NCBI GenBank assembly: GCA_944386485.1
Contig: CALXBG010000028.1
Location: 1-29,708 of the forward strand
Origin: an uncultured Pygmaiobacter sp.
GTDB taxonomy: Bacteria > Bacillota > Clostridia > Oscillospirales > Ruminococcaceae
DNA length: 29,708 nucleotides
Reading direction: 5' to 3'
The translations under genes and the position numbers were made by a program. Every line of letters starts with the position of its first letter. Positions within the stretch are counted from its first letter, which is position 1. Positions 15,704 to 25,809 of the stretch are shown in pieces. The notes under the pieces were generated by a model. The model made no database searches. It had not been told where the DNA came from and worked only from the letters and a program-made list of their open reading frames with translations.

Positions 15704-15732
15704 TTGACTTGCCGGCACAGTTGTGCGATACT
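15704..15732 (+). promoter_or_regulatory. Candidate promoter for the MATE transporter gene
   Basis: -35 TTGACT (15704-15709), 17 nt spacer, -10 GATACT (15727-15732). Confidence 0.35.
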
Positions 15733-15788
15733 CCCTTAGGAATTAAAGGGATTTTGGGATAAGCGCAATGCCACAGGGAGGTAGATCA

Positions 15789-17180
15789 ATGGCAAGGAGT
15801 ACGGCGTCGACCAGAGGGCTGACCGAAGGGGTTATCTGGAAACAGCTGCTGGCCTACTTTTTCCCGATTTTATTCGGGACCTTTTTTCAACAGCTTTACA
15901 ACACCGCCGACGCGATGATCGTGGGACAGTTTGTCGGCAAGCAGGCGCTGGCGGCGGTCGGCGGCGCGACCGGCACCCTCGTCAATTTTATCGTCAACCT
16001 GTTTGTCGGACTTTCCTCCGGCACGACGGTCATCGTCGCGCAGCTTTACGGCGCGGGGGAGCATAAGCGGGTGGGGGACGCGGTTCACACCTCGCTGGCG
16101 CTGGCGATCACCGCCGGTTTTGGGATGACCGTCGTCTCGCTGCTGCTGGCACGGCCGGCGCTGACCGCGATGGGTACCCCTGAGGACGTGATGCCCTACG
16201 CGCTGACCTATCTGCGGACAGTACTGCTCGGTGTGGTGCCCTCCTTCCTTTACAATATGGGTTCCGGTGTGCTGCGCGCGGTTGGAGATACCAAGCGCCC
16301 ACTCTACTTCCTGATTGCAGCCTGCCTGACCAACATTGTGCTCGACCTGATTCTGGTTGCCGGACTGGGAATGGGCGTCTTTGGCGCGGCGCTCGCGACC
16401 ATCCTCTCCCAGGCGCTCAGCGCCGTGCTGACCCTGCTCTGCCTTGCGGGCAGCGGAGCCTGTTACCGGTTTGAGCCGGCAAAGCTGCGGTTCACCAAAG
16501 GGATGCTCGGCGGTGTGCTGCGGGTTGGCATTCCGGCCGGGCTGCAGTCCAATATGTACTCGATTTCGAATATCATCATTCAGACCTGCATCAATTCGTT
16601 CGGCACCGATACGATGGCGGCCTGGACCGCCCACGGCAAGATCGACGGCTTTTTCTGGATGATCATGGGTGCGTTCGGCATCTCGATTACGGCATTTGCC
16701 GGGCAAAATTTTGGCGCGCGCAAGTACGACCGGATCCGGAAGAGCGTGCGGGACTGCCTGATCTTCTCGGCGATTACCGCGCTGGTCATCGGCGGGCTGT
16801 ACTACGGGTTCGCCGGGCCGCTGCAGCGGATCTTTACCTCGGATGAAGCGGTATTGGCCATCGGACGGCAGATCGTGGGCCTCACGGTACCGTTCTACTT
16901 CACCTATATCTGTATTGAGATTATGGCCGGTGCAATCCGCGGCTGTGGCGAGGCAATGCCCCCGATGCTGATGGTTGCCGGCGGAGTTTGTGTACTGCGG
17001 ATTGTCTGGATTGCGGTCATGTTGTCTTTCCACCGGCAGCTGTCCACCGTATTGGTCAGCTATCCGCTCAGCTGGGCGGTGACCTCGGTGATCTTTGTGG
17101 TCTATTATCTGCGGGGCAACTGGCTCAAGCGGTGCATCAAAAAATCCTTTGGCTCACAGGAAGAAGAGGCAAAGGCATAA
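15789..17180 (+). CDS. MATE family multidrug/oligosaccharidyl-lipid efflux transporter
   Basis: Twelve-TM profile with MATE signatures (FFQQLYNTADAMIVGQFVGKQALAAVG, two repeated halves). Start at ATG 15789 with RBS GGGAGG. Confidence 0.8.
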   Translation: MARSTASTRGLTEGVIWKQLLAYFFPILFGTFFQQLYNTADAMIVGQFVGKQALAAVGGATGTLVNFIVNLFVGLSSGTTVIVAQLYGAGEHKRVGDAVHTSLALAITAGFGMTVVSLLLARPALTAMGTPEDVMPYALTYLRTVLLGVVPSFLYNMGSGVLRAVGDTKRPLYFLIAACLTNIVLDLILVAGLGMGVFGAALATILSQALSAVLTLLCLAGSGACYRFEPAKLRFTKGMLGGVLRVGIPAGLQSNMYSISNIIIQTCINSFGTDTMAAWTAHGKIDGFFWMIMGAFGISITAFAGQNFGARKYDRIRKSVRDCLIFSAITALVIGGLYYGFAGPLQRIFTSDEAVLAIGRQIVGLTVPFYFTYICIEIMAGAIRGCGEAMPPMLMVAGGVCVLRIVWIAVMLSFHRQLSTVLVSYPLSWAVTSVIFVVYYLRGNWLKRCIKKSFGSQEEEAKA

Positions 17181-17216
17181 AAGAAAGGCACGGAACACAG
17201 GTTCCGTGCCTTTCTT
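17181..17216. terminator. Bidirectional terminator between MATE and gluQ (convergent)
   Basis: Stem aaaggcacggaac / gttccgtgccttt with loop acag. It has an A-run on the left and a T-run on the right. Confidence 0.6.
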
Positions 17217-17220
17217 GATA

Positions 17221-18174
17221 TCAGAACAGCGAGGACGGCAGCCGCACATCCTCCCGCGGTAGCTTGTCCCAGGAAAAGAGCGGGATCAGCTGGTCGGGAG
17301 TTGCCGGTTCAGGCCGCTCGAGCAGACCGGCGGCAAAGCCGAGCGCGCCGGTGATCGCCGCAGGGGAAAGCCCCCGCGCGAGAAGCGCGTCGAGGCTAAG
17401 ATCGTCATCCCGTTTGGAGAGCCGCCGGCCATCCGGGGCGAGCAGCAGCGGCAGATGCCCAAAGCGGGGTGCGGGGAACCCCAGCAGCCGGTAGAGATAG
17501 AGCTGGCGCGGGGTGGAGGCGAGCAGATCCCGCCCGCGCACGACCTCGGTAATTCCCATCTCGGCGTCATCCACAACCACCGCGAGCTGGTAGGCGAAAA
17601 CCCCGTCCGAGCGGCGAAGAATAAAATCGCCGCACGCCTGCGCGAGATTTTGGGTCGTTCTGCCATAGTGCAGGTCCTGAAAAACCATCTCCTCATCTGG
17701 TACCCGCAGCCGCAGCGCCGGTGGACGTACCAGGGTGCGCCGGCGGATTTCCTCATCGGTCAGGTTACGGCAGGTTCCCGCATAGACGACCTCGCCGTCG
17801 GCGGCATGGGGCGCGCTGGCGGCATGTAGCTGTGCGCGGGAACAAAAGCAGGGATAGACCAGCTCCTGTGCGCGCAGCTGCGCCAGGGCCTGCTCATAGA
17901 GCGCGGCCCGGCGGCTCTGCTCATAGGGAGCATGGGGCCCGGCGGCGTCAAGACCGCCCTCGTCCCAGACCAGCCCCAAAAGCGCGAGGTCGCGCTGCAG
18001 CTGCTCGGTGTATTTTCGCTTTGAGCGGGCGGGGTCGAGATCCTCGATCCGCAGAATGATCCGCCCGCCCTGCCGCCGGGCCGAAAGCCAGGCGAGCAGA
18101 AAACAGAACAGATTGCCCAGGTGCAGACGTCCGCTGGGGCTCGGGGCAAACCGCCCAACTGCCTGCTGTGCCAT
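17221..18174 (-). CDS. gluQ: Glutamyl-Q tRNA(Asp) synthetase (GluQ-RS, truncated GluRS paralogue)
   Basis: Class I motifs GRFAPSPSGRLHLGN (HIGH) and RLSKRD (KMSKS). Also RIEDLDP and DFILRRSDGVFAYQLAVVVDD...GITEVVRGRDL, which closely match E. coli YadB. About 317 aa with no anticodon-binding domain. Start is ATG 18174 (RBS GGAGGGAGG). Confidence 0.8.
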   Translation of the reverse strand: MAQQAVGRFAPSPSGRLHLGNLFCFLLAWLSARRQGGRIILRIEDLDPARSKRKYTEQLQRDLALLGLVWDEGGLDAAGPHAPYEQSRRAALYEQALAQLRAQELVYPCFCSRAQLHAASAPHAADGEVVYAGTCRNLTDEEIRRRTLVRPPALRLRVPDEEMVFQDLHYGRTTQNLAQACGDFILRRSDGVFAYQLAVVVDDAEMGITEVVRGRDLLASTPRQLYLYRLLGFPAPRFGHLPLLLAPDGRRLSKRDDDLSLDALLARGLSPAAITGALGFAAGLLERPEPATPDQLIPLFSWDKLPREDVRLPSSLF

Positions 18175-18269
18175 TGTCCGCACCACCTCCCTCCAAAGCT
18201 GTTCTCATTATAGCGAAAATCGGCGGAAAAGCCAATCGCCCTCAAAAGCAAGATTTTCCCGCCGCCGGA

Positions 18270-18298
18270 TTGTAACAGCGCGTAAAATGCGATAAAAT
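18270..18298 (+). promoter_or_regulatory. Candidate promoter for the AI-2E transporter gene
   Basis: -35 TTGTAA (18270-18275), 17 nt spacer, -10 TAAAAT (18293-18298). Confidence 0.4.
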
Positions 18299-18348
18299 AA
18301 AAGAACAGGTGCGGCGTTATGCCGCATAAGCTGCCGGGAGGAAATCGG

Positions 18349-19515
18349 ATGAAGCGGAAAAATAAAATCTGGCTGGAGTTTTTTTTGGCGCTTGCGGCGT
18401 TGATTCTGTTCAACTGGGCGCTGGATAATGGGCGGCTGTTGACCGATCTGCTGCGGACGGTATTGGGCATCCTTGCGCCCTTTTTGATTGGGCTGGTGAT
18501 CGCCTTTGTGATCAATGTGCCGATGCGGGCGCTCGAGCGGTTGCTGCGCCGGATCCCCGGGATGCAGACCAGGCACAAGCTGCTGCGTTCCGCAAGCTTT
18601 CTTGCCACCCTGGTGCTCTTTGTCGCCGGTCTTACGCTGGCGACCCGGATTGTGTTGCCCGAACTGGGCGGCACCATTTCTGCCCTCGGCAAGCAGATTC
18701 CGGCCTTTTTCACCCGGATGCAGCAGCAGGCAAAGCAGCTGGAGGGCTGGGTGCCCCATCTGCGGGAATATATAGCCGAACTGCAGCTGGACTGGAAAGA
18801 GATCGCCGAGCGGGTGATGGGCTTTTTGCAGACCGGCGCAACCTCGCTGCTCGGTTCGACAATGACCATTGCGACCTCGGTTTTCAGCGGAGTTTTCAAC
18901 ACTTTTATGGGCTTCATCTTCGCCGTCTATATCCTGTTCGGCAAGGAGAAGCTCAAGGTACAGGCGCGGCGGGTGCTCTATGCCTGGATGCCGGTTCCCC
19001 GAGCGGATCGATTCATCTATATTGCCGATCTGACCGAGCAGACCTTCTCCCGGTTCCTCACCGGTCAATGCCTTGAGGCGATGATCCTCGGCATGATGTT
19101 CTTTGTCAGCATGACGCTGCTGCGGTTCCCCTATGCGATGCTGGTCGCGGTGCTGGTCGCCATTACCGCCCTGATCCCGATGTTCGGCGCCTTCATCGGC
19201 TGCTTTATCGGCGCGTTTTTGATCCTTGTCGTCAACCCAATGCAGGCGTTCTGGTTTGTACTTCTGTTTATGCTGCTCCAGCAGATTGAAGGCAACCTGA
19301 TCTACCCGCGGGTTGTGGGCAGCTCGATCGGTCTGCCCGCGATGTGGGTGATGGTCGCGGTTACCGTCGGCGGCAGCACGATGGGAATTCTCGGCATGCT
19401 GCTGATGGTGCCTGCCGCCTCGGTGATCTATGCGCTGGCGCGGGAGAACACCGAGCGCCGGCTGCTTCGCCGACAGGTTCCGCCCGACCGGTATGCAGAA
19501 GAACAAGATACCTGA
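18349..19515 (+). CDS. AI-2E family transporter (PerM/YhhT/TqsA-like permease)
   Basis: Start at ATG 18349 (RBS GGGAGG). Eight-TM profile. The conserved C-terminal motif LLQQIEGNLIYPRVVG is typical of the family. Confidence 0.75.
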   Translation: MKRKNKIWLEFFLALAALILFNWALDNGRLLTDLLRTVLGILAPFLIGLVIAFVINVPMRALERLLRRIPGMQTRHKLLRSASFLATLVLFVAGLTLATRIVLPELGGTISALGKQIPAFFTRMQQQAKQLEGWVPHLREYIAELQLDWKEIAERVMGFLQTGATSLLGSTMTIATSVFSGVFNTFMGFIFAVYILFGKEKLKVQARRVLYAWMPVPRADRFIYIADLTEQTFSRFLTGQCLEAMILGMMFFVSMTLLRFPYAMLVAVLVAITALIPMFGAFIGCFIGAFLILVVNPMQAFWFVLLFMLLQQIEGNLIYPRVVGSSIGLPAMWVMVAVTVGGSTMGILGMLLMVPAASVIYALARENTERRLLRRQVPPDRYAEEQDT

Positions 19516-19519
19516 CACA

Positions 19520-19554
19520 GACCCGGCGCAACCGCGCCGGGCTTTGCCGTTTTC
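19520..19554 (+). terminator. Rho-independent terminator after the AI-2E gene
   Basis: Stem cccggcgc / gcgccggg with loop aacc, followed by ctttgccgttttc. Confidence 0.6.
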
Positions 19555-19645
19555 AGCCCTACTTTATGGCGGTGCGCCGAAAAACCATTGTGCCGCCCCG
19601 GTGCAAATCGGCAATTCCACGGTGGAATTTGGCTGGGCGGTGTAG

Positions 19646-19651
19646 TATAAT
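19646..19651 (+). promoter_or_regulatory. Candidate -10 (TATAAT) of the his operon promoter
   Basis: A perfect TATAAT lies about 50 nt before the hisZ ATG. The -35 (TGGAAT at 17 nt) is weak. The leader is too short for a T-box or classical attenuator. Confidence 0.3.
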
Positions 19652-19701
19652 TACTTTAACAATCTACTACTCTACCATAGTAAAGTGAACGGAGGGATCG
19701 A

Positions 19702-20826
19702 ATGCGTTCCGACTATCAGACGCTGACCGCCGTCGAGCGGGCGTCGCTCGCGCTGCGGGAACTGTATGAGCGACTGGGCTACCGCAAGTATCGGATGGGG
19801 CAGTTTGAGGAATACAGCCTTTATATGGACAACAAAAACTTTCTGTCCAGCGAACGGGTGATCTCCTTTACCGACCTCGATGGGCGGCTGCTGGCGCTGC
19901 GCCCGGATGTGACCTTGAGCATTGTGCGGCATGCGTCGGAGCAGCCCCACGCCGCCGAGCGGCTCTATTATACCGAAAGTGTCTACCGGCCCAGCGCCGA
20001 GGGACACGCATTTAAGGAAATCAGCCAGATGGGCATCGAGGTGCTGGGTGAGATCGACCGATATGCGATGACCGAGGTCACGCTGCTGGCGGCCCAGAGC
20101 CTGTGCGCCTTTGGACCAAAAGGATTGCTCGAGCTGAGCGATCTGCGGTTTGCGGTCGGGCTGTTCGATGCGCTGGGATTAAAGGACGGGCTGCGGGTAC
20201 AGGCGCTTGATGCGCTGGGACAGAAGAACCGCCCGGCGCTCGAGACAGTTGCCCGGGCGGCCGGTCTTGGCACGGAGGATGCGGCGGCACTCTGCGCGCT
20301 GGTAGAGCTCTATGGCCCCTGGCAGCCGACGCTGGAGCGGGCGCGGGCGCTCTGCCGCGGAGAGACGATGGCGGCGGCGATAGAGGAGCTCGCGAGCGTC
20401 TGCGCGGCGGCCGCGCAGGGGGACAATCAGCTGGCGATCGATCTCTCGCTGGTGGGACATACTGATTACTATAACGGCCTGTTGCTGCGCGGTTACCTCG
20501 AGGGCCTGCCCCGGGCGGTATTGGTCGGCGGACGGTATGACGGAATCCTCAAAAAACTGGGCAAAGCGGGCGGCGGCATCGGTTTTGCGCTTGACCTGTC
20601 CGAGATCAGCCGGTTGCCGGAACAGAAGGATGACGCAGCGCTCGATCTGCTGGTGCAGTATACCGAAGACGCCGATCCCGCGGTGGTGGCGCGGGCGGTC
20701 GCCGGCGCGGCCCGGCAGGGGCTTCGGGTGCGCGCGCTGCGGCAGGAGGAGGATCCCGGTGAACGCTGCTGGAAAGACGCGCTGCTGATCAGCGGCGCGG
20801 GGGTGCAGAGAGGAGACGGCTGCTGA
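19702..20826 (+). CDS. hisZ: ATP phosphoribosyltransferase regulatory subunit HisZ (HisRS paralogue)
   Basis: HisRS-like catalytic core (LRPDVTLSIVRH, YYTESVYRP, QMGIEVLG) with no anticodon-binding domain. It sits immediately upstream of a short-form hisG, with a TGATG overlap. Confidence 0.8.
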   Translation: MRSDYQTLTAVERASLALRELYERLGYRKYRMGQFEEYSLYMDNKNFLSSERVISFTDLDGRLLALRPDVTLSIVRHASEQPHAAERLYYTESVYRPSAEGHAFKEISQMGIEVLGEIDRYAMTEVTLLAAQSLCAFGPKGLLELSDLRFAVGLFDALGLKDGLRVQALDALGQKNRPALETVARAAGLGTEDAAALCALVELYGPWQPTLERARALCRGETMAAAIEELASVCAAAAQGDNQLAIDLSLVGHTDYYNGLLLRGYLEGLPRAVLVGGRYDGILKKLGKAGGGIGFALDLSEISRLPEQKDDAALDLLVQYTEDADPAVVARAVAGAARQGLRVRALRQEEDPGERCWKDALLISGAGVQRGDGC

Positions 20827-21458
20827 TGAGCGAATATTTGACCGTCGCGCTGCCTAAGGGGCGGCTGGGAGATAAGGTCTATAACCTGCTCGAGCGCGTT
20901 GGCTATGACTGCCGTGAGATCCGGGAGGACGGGCGCAAGCTGGTCTTTGAGAATCCCGCCGCCGGCGTGCGGTATCTGCTGGTCAAGCCCAGCGACGTGG
21001 CGATCTATGTCGAGCATGGGGCTGCCGACGTCGGAATCGTGGGAAAGGATATCCTCGAGGAAAACAGGCCGGATGTCTATGAACTGCTCGACCTGGGCAT
21101 CGGGCGCTGCCGGATGGCGGTGGCCTCCCGCAGCGATTACCGCGAGGATACCAGCCGCACGCTGCGGGTAGCGACCAAGTTTGAGAACATCGCAAAGCAG
21201 TATTACGCTTCTCTCAACCGGGATATCGAGATCATCCGGCTCAACGGCAGCATCGAGCTCGCGCCGCTGCTCGGGCTCTCTGATGTAATTGTCGATATCG
21301 TCGAGAGTGGTACCACCATTCGGGAGAACAATCTCAAGGTGTTTACCGAGTTCATGCAGATCAGCGCCCGGTTTATTGCGAACAAGTCCAGCTTCAAATT
21401 CAAAAACGAGGTCATCACCCGGATGGCCGATAAACTGAACGGAGTGATAAAGGTATGA
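20826..21458 (+). CDS. hisG: ATP phosphoribosyltransferase, short form
   Basis: LTVALPKGRL...DVGIVGKD...VDIVESGTT motifs. 210 aa. Confidence 0.9.
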   Translation: MSEYLTVALPKGRLGDKVYNLLERVGYDCREIREDGRKLVFENPAAGVRYLLVKPSDVAIYVEHGAADVGIVGKDILEENRPDVYELLDLGIGRCRMAVASRSDYREDTSRTLRVATKFENIAKQYYASLNRDIEIIRLNGSIELAPLLGLSDVIVDIVESGTTIRENNLKVFTEFMQISARFIANKSSFKFKNEVITRMADKLNGVIKV

Positions 21459-22735
21459 TTCAGATTATGAGGGCCGACGAGGTATCGACCGATAAGATTC
21501 TCAACCGGGACATCCGGGCGGAGGAAGATGTCTCCCGGATTGTCGATGAGATCATTGCCCGGGTCCGCGCCGGGGGGGATGCGGCGCTGTTCGATTACGC
21601 CGAAAAGCTCGACCGGGCGAAGCTGACCGCGCTGGAGGTAACCGCCGATGAGATCGAGGCCGGTTGGCAGGCGGTGGGGGAGGAGTTCCGCAAGACCCTG
21701 ACCCTCGCACAGCAGAACATCGCCGCGTTTCACCGCCGTCAGCTGCACGATGATTTCGTCATCACCGACCAGCCCGGTATTGTACTGGGCCAGCGGTATA
21801 CCCCGATCGAACGGGTCGGGGTCTATGTGCCGGGCGGGACTGCCAGCTATCCCAGCACCGTGCTGATGGATGTTGTGCCTGCCAAGCTCGCCGGCGTAGG
21901 GGAGATCGTGATGGTCACCCCGCCCGCGCCCGACGGCAGCGTGAAACCCGAGATTCTCGCAGCGGCAAAGGTCGCGGGGGTGGACCGGATCTTCAAGATC
22001 GGCGGGGCCGGCGCGGTGGCCGCCCTCGCCTATGGCACCCAGAGCGTACCGAAGGTGGACAAGATCGTCGGCCCCGGCAACATCTTCGTTGCGACCGCAA
22101 AGCGCAAGGTCTTCGGACTGGTCGACATTGATATGATCGCCGGCCCCAGCGAGATTCTGGTGGTTGCCGACGGCGGCTGCAATCCCGCCTGGGTTGCGGC
22201 GGACCTGCTCAGCCAGGCCGAGCATGATAAGCTGGCCAGCGCGGTGCTGGTCACCGACAGCGAGGAACTGGCCAATGCGGTCGCCGGGGAGCTTGAGCGG
22301 CAGCTCGAGCGGCTGCCACGGCGGGAGATCGCGGCGGCGAGTATTGCTGAAAACGGCAAGATCATCCTGACCGACAGCCTCGATGAGGCGGTCAGAATCG
22401 CCAACCTGATCGCGCCCGAACACCTCGAGCTCTCGGTCGCCGATCCCTTTGCGCTGCTGCCCAGCGTCAAAAACGCCGGCAGCATCTTCCTCGGCCGGCA
22501 TGTGCCTGAGGCGCTGGGAGATTATCTCGCGGGACCGAACCACACGCTGCCCACCAGCGGTACTGCACGGTTCTCCAGCCCGCTGGGGGTGGACGATTTC
22601 GTCAAGCGCAGCAGCTTTTTGTATTACAGTCCCGACGCGCTGGGGCAGGTTGCCGATCGGGTGGTCGACTTCGCGCAGCGGGAGGGCCTGGATGCCCACG
22701 GACGCAGCGTTGCGATTCGGTTTGAGAAGAAATAA
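21455..22735 (+). CDS. hisD: Histidinol dehydrogenase
   Basis: 426 aa. [18 protein letters not shown] and [13 protein letters not shown] motifs. ATGA overlap with hisG. Confidence 0.9.
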   Translation: MIQIMRADEVSTDKILNRDIRAEEDVSRIVDEIIARVRAGGDAALFDYAEKLDRAKLTALEVTADEIEAGWQAVGEEFRKTLTLAQQNIAAFHRRQLHDDFVITDQPGIVLGQRYTPIERVGVYVPGGTASYPSTVLMDVVPAKLAGVGEIVMVTPPAPDGSVKPEILAAAKVAGVDRIFKIGGAGAVAALAYGTQSVPKVDKIVGPGNIFVATAKRKVFGLVDIDMIAGPSEILVVADGGCNPAWVAADLLSQAEHDKLASAVLVTDSEELANAVAGELERQLERLPRREIAAASIAENGKIILTDSLDEAVRIANLIAPEHLELSVADPFALLPSVKNAGSIFLGRHVPEALGDYLAGPNHTLPTSGTARFSSPLGVDDFVKRSSFLYYSPDALGQVADRVVDFAQREGLDAHGRSVAIRFEKK

Positions 22736-22776
22736 GGGAGCCGGCAAGATTGCCGGTTGTTGAGGAGGAGTAAGGG

Positions 22777-23847
22777 ATGAGCCGGTTTTTAAGCCAGAGG
22801 TTTGCGTCGATCGAGCCCTATGTGCCGGGCGAACAGCCGCAGGGGCGCAAGTACATCAAGCTGAATACGAATGAAAGTCCCTATCCGCCCGCGCCGGGGG
22901 TGCTCGAAGCGATCAACCGGGAGGAGGTCGCAAAGCTGCGGCTCTACTCCGACCCGGATGCCCGGCCTCTGGTCGCGGCGATTGCCCGCCGGTTTGGGGT
23001 GGGGGAAGACCAGGTCTTTGTCGGCAACGGCAGCGATGAGGTGCTCGCCTTTACCTTTCTCGCATTCGGCGGGGTGGAAAAACGCTTCCGGTTCCCGGCG
23101 CTCAGCTACGGGTTTTACCCCGTATTTGCCCGGCTGCTGGGGGTGACCTACGAGGCGGTGCCGCTGCGGCCGGATTTCACCATTGATCCGGCCGACTACA
23201 TTGGCTGCGGCACCAATATTGTGCTTGCCAATCCGAACGCGCCTACCGGCTACGCGCTGGGGCTGGAGACGATCGGGGAGATCGCCCGCTCCAATCCGGA
23301 CAGCGTTGTCGTGATCGACGAGGCGTACGTTGATTTCGGCGGCGAGAGTGCCGCGGTGCTGCTGGACACCTATGATAATCTGCTGGTTGTTCAGACCTTC
23401 TCAAAATCCCGCTGCCTTGCCGGTATGCGGATCGGTTTTGCGCTGGGCAGCGCAGAACTGATTGCCGACCTGCAGCGGATGAAATTCAGCTTCAATCCCT
23501 ACAACCTCGACCGGCTGGCGATCCTCGCAGGTACCGCGGCGATGGAGGATGAGGCATATCTGAACACGTGCACCGCCAAGATCTGCGCCACCCGCCGCCG
23601 GGTTACCGACCGGCTGCGGGAGATGGGCTTTACCGTGCTCGAGAGCAAGGCGAACTTTGTCTTTGCAAGGCGGGACGGCATCCCCGGCGGCCGGCTGTTC
23701 GCCGCGCTGCGGGAGAAGGGGATTCTGGTGCGGCATTGGGAGGACCCGCTGATCGCGGACTATCTGCGGATCTCGATCGGCAGCGATGAGGAGATGGACG
23801 CCTTTCTCGCGGCCGCAGGACAGATTCTGGAGGAGGAGACAAAATGA
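22777..23847 (+). CDS. hisC: Histidinol-phosphate aminotransferase
   Basis: Class II aminotransferase with DEAY...TFSKS (PLP lysine) and an N-terminal KLNTNESPY motif. Confidence 0.85.
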   Translation: MSRFLSQRFASIEPYVPGEQPQGRKYIKLNTNESPYPPAPGVLEAINREEVAKLRLYSDPDARPLVAAIARRFGVGEDQVFVGNGSDEVLAFTFLAFGGVEKRFRFPALSYGFYPVFARLLGVTYEAVPLRPDFTIDPADYIGCGTNIVLANPNAPTGYALGLETIGEIARSNPDSVVVIDEAYVDFGGESAAVLLDTYDNLLVVQTFSKSRCLAGMRIGFALGSAELIADLQRMKFSFNPYNLDRLAILAGTAAMEDEAYLNTCTAKICATRRRVTDRLREMGFTVLESKANFVFARRDGIPGGRLFAALREKGILVRHWEDPLIADYLRISIGSDEEMDAFLAAAGQILEEETK

Positions 23848-24428
23848 GAGAGGCGACGATTGCGCGCAAGACGACCGAGACCGATATCCGCCTTTCCCTT
23901 GTGCTTGAGGGGGAAGCGTACCGGATTGACACCGGCTGCGGTTTTCTCGACCACATGCTCGAGCTGTTTGCCCGCCACGGCGGGTTCGGGCTGGAGCTGA
24001 GCTGCAAGGGGGATACCCGGGTCGATTACCACCACACGGTGGAGGACATCGGCATCGTGCTGGGCCAGGCGTTCCGGCAGGCACTGGGAGATAAGCGGGG
24101 CATCAACCGGTACGGCAGCTTCCTGCTGCCGATGGACGAGGCGCTGGTGCTGGTCGCGGTCGACCTCTCGGGCCGGGCGACCTGTTGCTGTGAGTTGCAG
24201 CTGCCGGCACAAAAGGTCGGCGATTTTGATACCGAGCTGGCGGAGGAGTTCTTCCTCGGCTTCTGCCGCGGCGGAGAGTTCACGCTCCATCTGCGACAGC
24301 TGGCGGGCAAAAACACCCACCATATTCTTGAGGCGGCCTTCAAGGGCTTCGGTCGGGCGATGGCGATTGCGGTCGCGCCGGACAGCCGGCGCCCCGATGC
24401 GCTGCCCAGCACCAAGGGCGTGCTGTAA
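23844..24428 (+). CDS. hisB: Imidazoleglycerol-phosphate dehydratase
   Basis: GCGFLDHMLELFARHG and DYHHTVEDIGIVLGQA motifs. ATGA overlap with hisC. Confidence 0.9.
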   Translation: MREATIARKTTETDIRLSLVLEGEAYRIDTGCGFLDHMLELFARHGGFGLELSCKGDTRVDYHHTVEDIGIVLGQAFRQALGDKRGINRYGSFLLPMDEALVLVAVDLSGRATCCCELQLPAQKVGDFDTELAEEFFLGFCRGGEFTLHLRQLAGKNTHHILEAAFKGFGRAMAIAVAPDSRRPDALPSTKGVL

Positions 24429-24446
24429 CCGGGAGGAGGAAGAGCG

Positions 24447-25058
24447 ATGATTGCAATTATCGATTACGGGGTCGGCAACCTGTTCAGCCTCTCCTCCAGT
24501 CTGCGCTTCCTCGGGCTGGAGACGACGGTCACCGCAAAGGCGGAGGATCTCGAGCGGGCGGACCGGATTATCCTGCCGGGGGTCGGCGCCTTTGCGGATG
24601 CCATCGAAAAGCTGCGCCGCACCGGGCTGGTTGACACCATCCGGGCACAGGCGGCGGCCGGTAAGCCGCTGCTGGGAATCTGTCTGGGTATGCAGCTGCT
24701 GTTCGACAAGAGCTTTGAATATGGGGAACATGAGGGCCTGGGGCTGGTGCCCGGGCAGGTGGTGCCGCTGGCGGAGAAGCTGCCCGCCGGGCTGAAGGTT
24801 CCTCACATCGGCTGGAACCGGCTGGAGATTCTCAAAAAAGAGGATCCGCTGTTCCGGTATTCCGGTGAGGAGGACTATGTCTATTATGTCCACAGCTACT
24901 ATGCCACCGGCTGCGATGCCAACACCCTCGCGGTCAGCGAATACGGCATCCCGGTCACCGGGGTGGTCCGGTCGGGCAGCGTAGTCGGCACCCAGTTCCA
25001 CCCCGAGAAGAGCGGTGCGGCCGGTCTGCGGCTGCTGCGCGCCTTCAGCGAGCTGTGA
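24447..25058 (+). CDS. hisH: Imidazole glycerol phosphate synthase, glutamine amidotransferase subunit
   Basis: MIAIIDYGVGNL, catalytic GICLGMQLL and HVHSYY motifs. Confidence 0.9.
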   Translation: MIAIIDYGVGNLFSLSSSLRFLGLETTVTAKAEDLERADRIILPGVGAFADAIEKLRRTGLVDTIRAQAAAGKPLLGICLGMQLLFDKSFEYGEHEGLGLVPGQVVPLAEKLPAGLKVPHIGWNRLEILKKEDPLFRYSGEEDYVYYVHSYYATGCDANTLAVSEYGIPVTGVVRSGSVVGTQFHPEKSGAAGLRLLRAFSEL

Positions 25059-25071
25059 GGGGGTGCAGAGC

Positions 25072-25809
25072 ATGGAACTCTTTCCGGCAATCGACCTGCG
25101 GGGCGGCAAAGCGGTGCGGCTGGTGCAGGGCGATTATGACCAGATGACGGTATACAGCGATCAGCCCGAGCAGGTTGCCGAGGAATTTCGGCGGCTGGGC
25201 GGGCGGAATCTGCATCTGGTTGACCTTGACGGCGCAAAAGAGGGCGCGCCGGCAAACTTTGAGACGATTCGGCGGATTGTCTCATCCGGCGGATTTTTCG
25301 TTGAGGTCGGCGGCGGCATCCGTACCGAACAGCGGGTGGCTGATTACCTCGAGATGGGGGTTTCCCGGGTAATCCTCGGCACCGCCGCGGTCACCGACCC
25401 GGCATTTCTTGACCGGATGGTTGCAAAATACGGCGCGCGGATCGCCGTCGGAGTCGATGCGCGGGACGGTAAGGTCGCCACCCACGGCTGGCTCGAGACC
25501 ACCGATCTGGACAGCTTTGACTTCTGCCGCGCGCTGCGCGAGCGGGGGGTTCAGACGGTCATCTACACCGACATCTCCCGCGACGGCAAGCTCGCCGGCA
25601 CCAACCTGGCCGCCTACCGCAGGCTGTGCGGGATTGAGGGACTCGCGGTGGTTGCCAGCGGCGGCATCAGCGCGCTGGAGGAATTGGAACAGCTGAACGC
25701 GATGGGGGCGGCCGGGGCGATCCTCGGCAAGGCGCTCTACACCGGCCGGCTGCGGCTGGATGAGGCGGTCGCGCTGGTGCAGAATCAAGCGGGGAGGAGA
25801 GAGCAATGA
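25072..25809 (+). CDS. hisA: ProFAR isomerase (1-(5-phosphoribosyl)-5-[(5-phosphoribosylamino)methylideneamino]imidazole-4-carboxamide isomerase)
   Basis: Starts MELFPAIDLRGGKAVRLVQGD at ATG 25072. The track ORF start at 25015 is an in-frame upstream extension overlapping hisH. Confidence 0.85.
   Translation: MELFPAIDLRGGKAVRLVQGDYDQMTVYSDQPEQVAEEFRRLGGRNLHLVDLDGAKEGAPANFETIRRIVSSGGFFVEVGGGIRTEQRVADYLEMGVSRVILGTAAVTDPAFLDRMVAKYGARIAVGVDARDGKVATHGWLETTDLDSFDFCRALRERGVQTVIYTDISRDGKLAGTNLAAYRRLCGIEGLAVVASGGISALEELEQLNAMGAAGAILGKALYTGRLRLDEAVALVQNQAGRREQ

Noticed and set aside
25015-25071. Upstream extensions of hisA (25015) and hisIE (26227) ORFs, and the udk track ORF up to 29094.
   Set aside because: They overlap preceding genes or AT-rich promoter DNA. 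The conserved N-termini with proper RBSs begin at 25072, 26614 and 28767 respectively.
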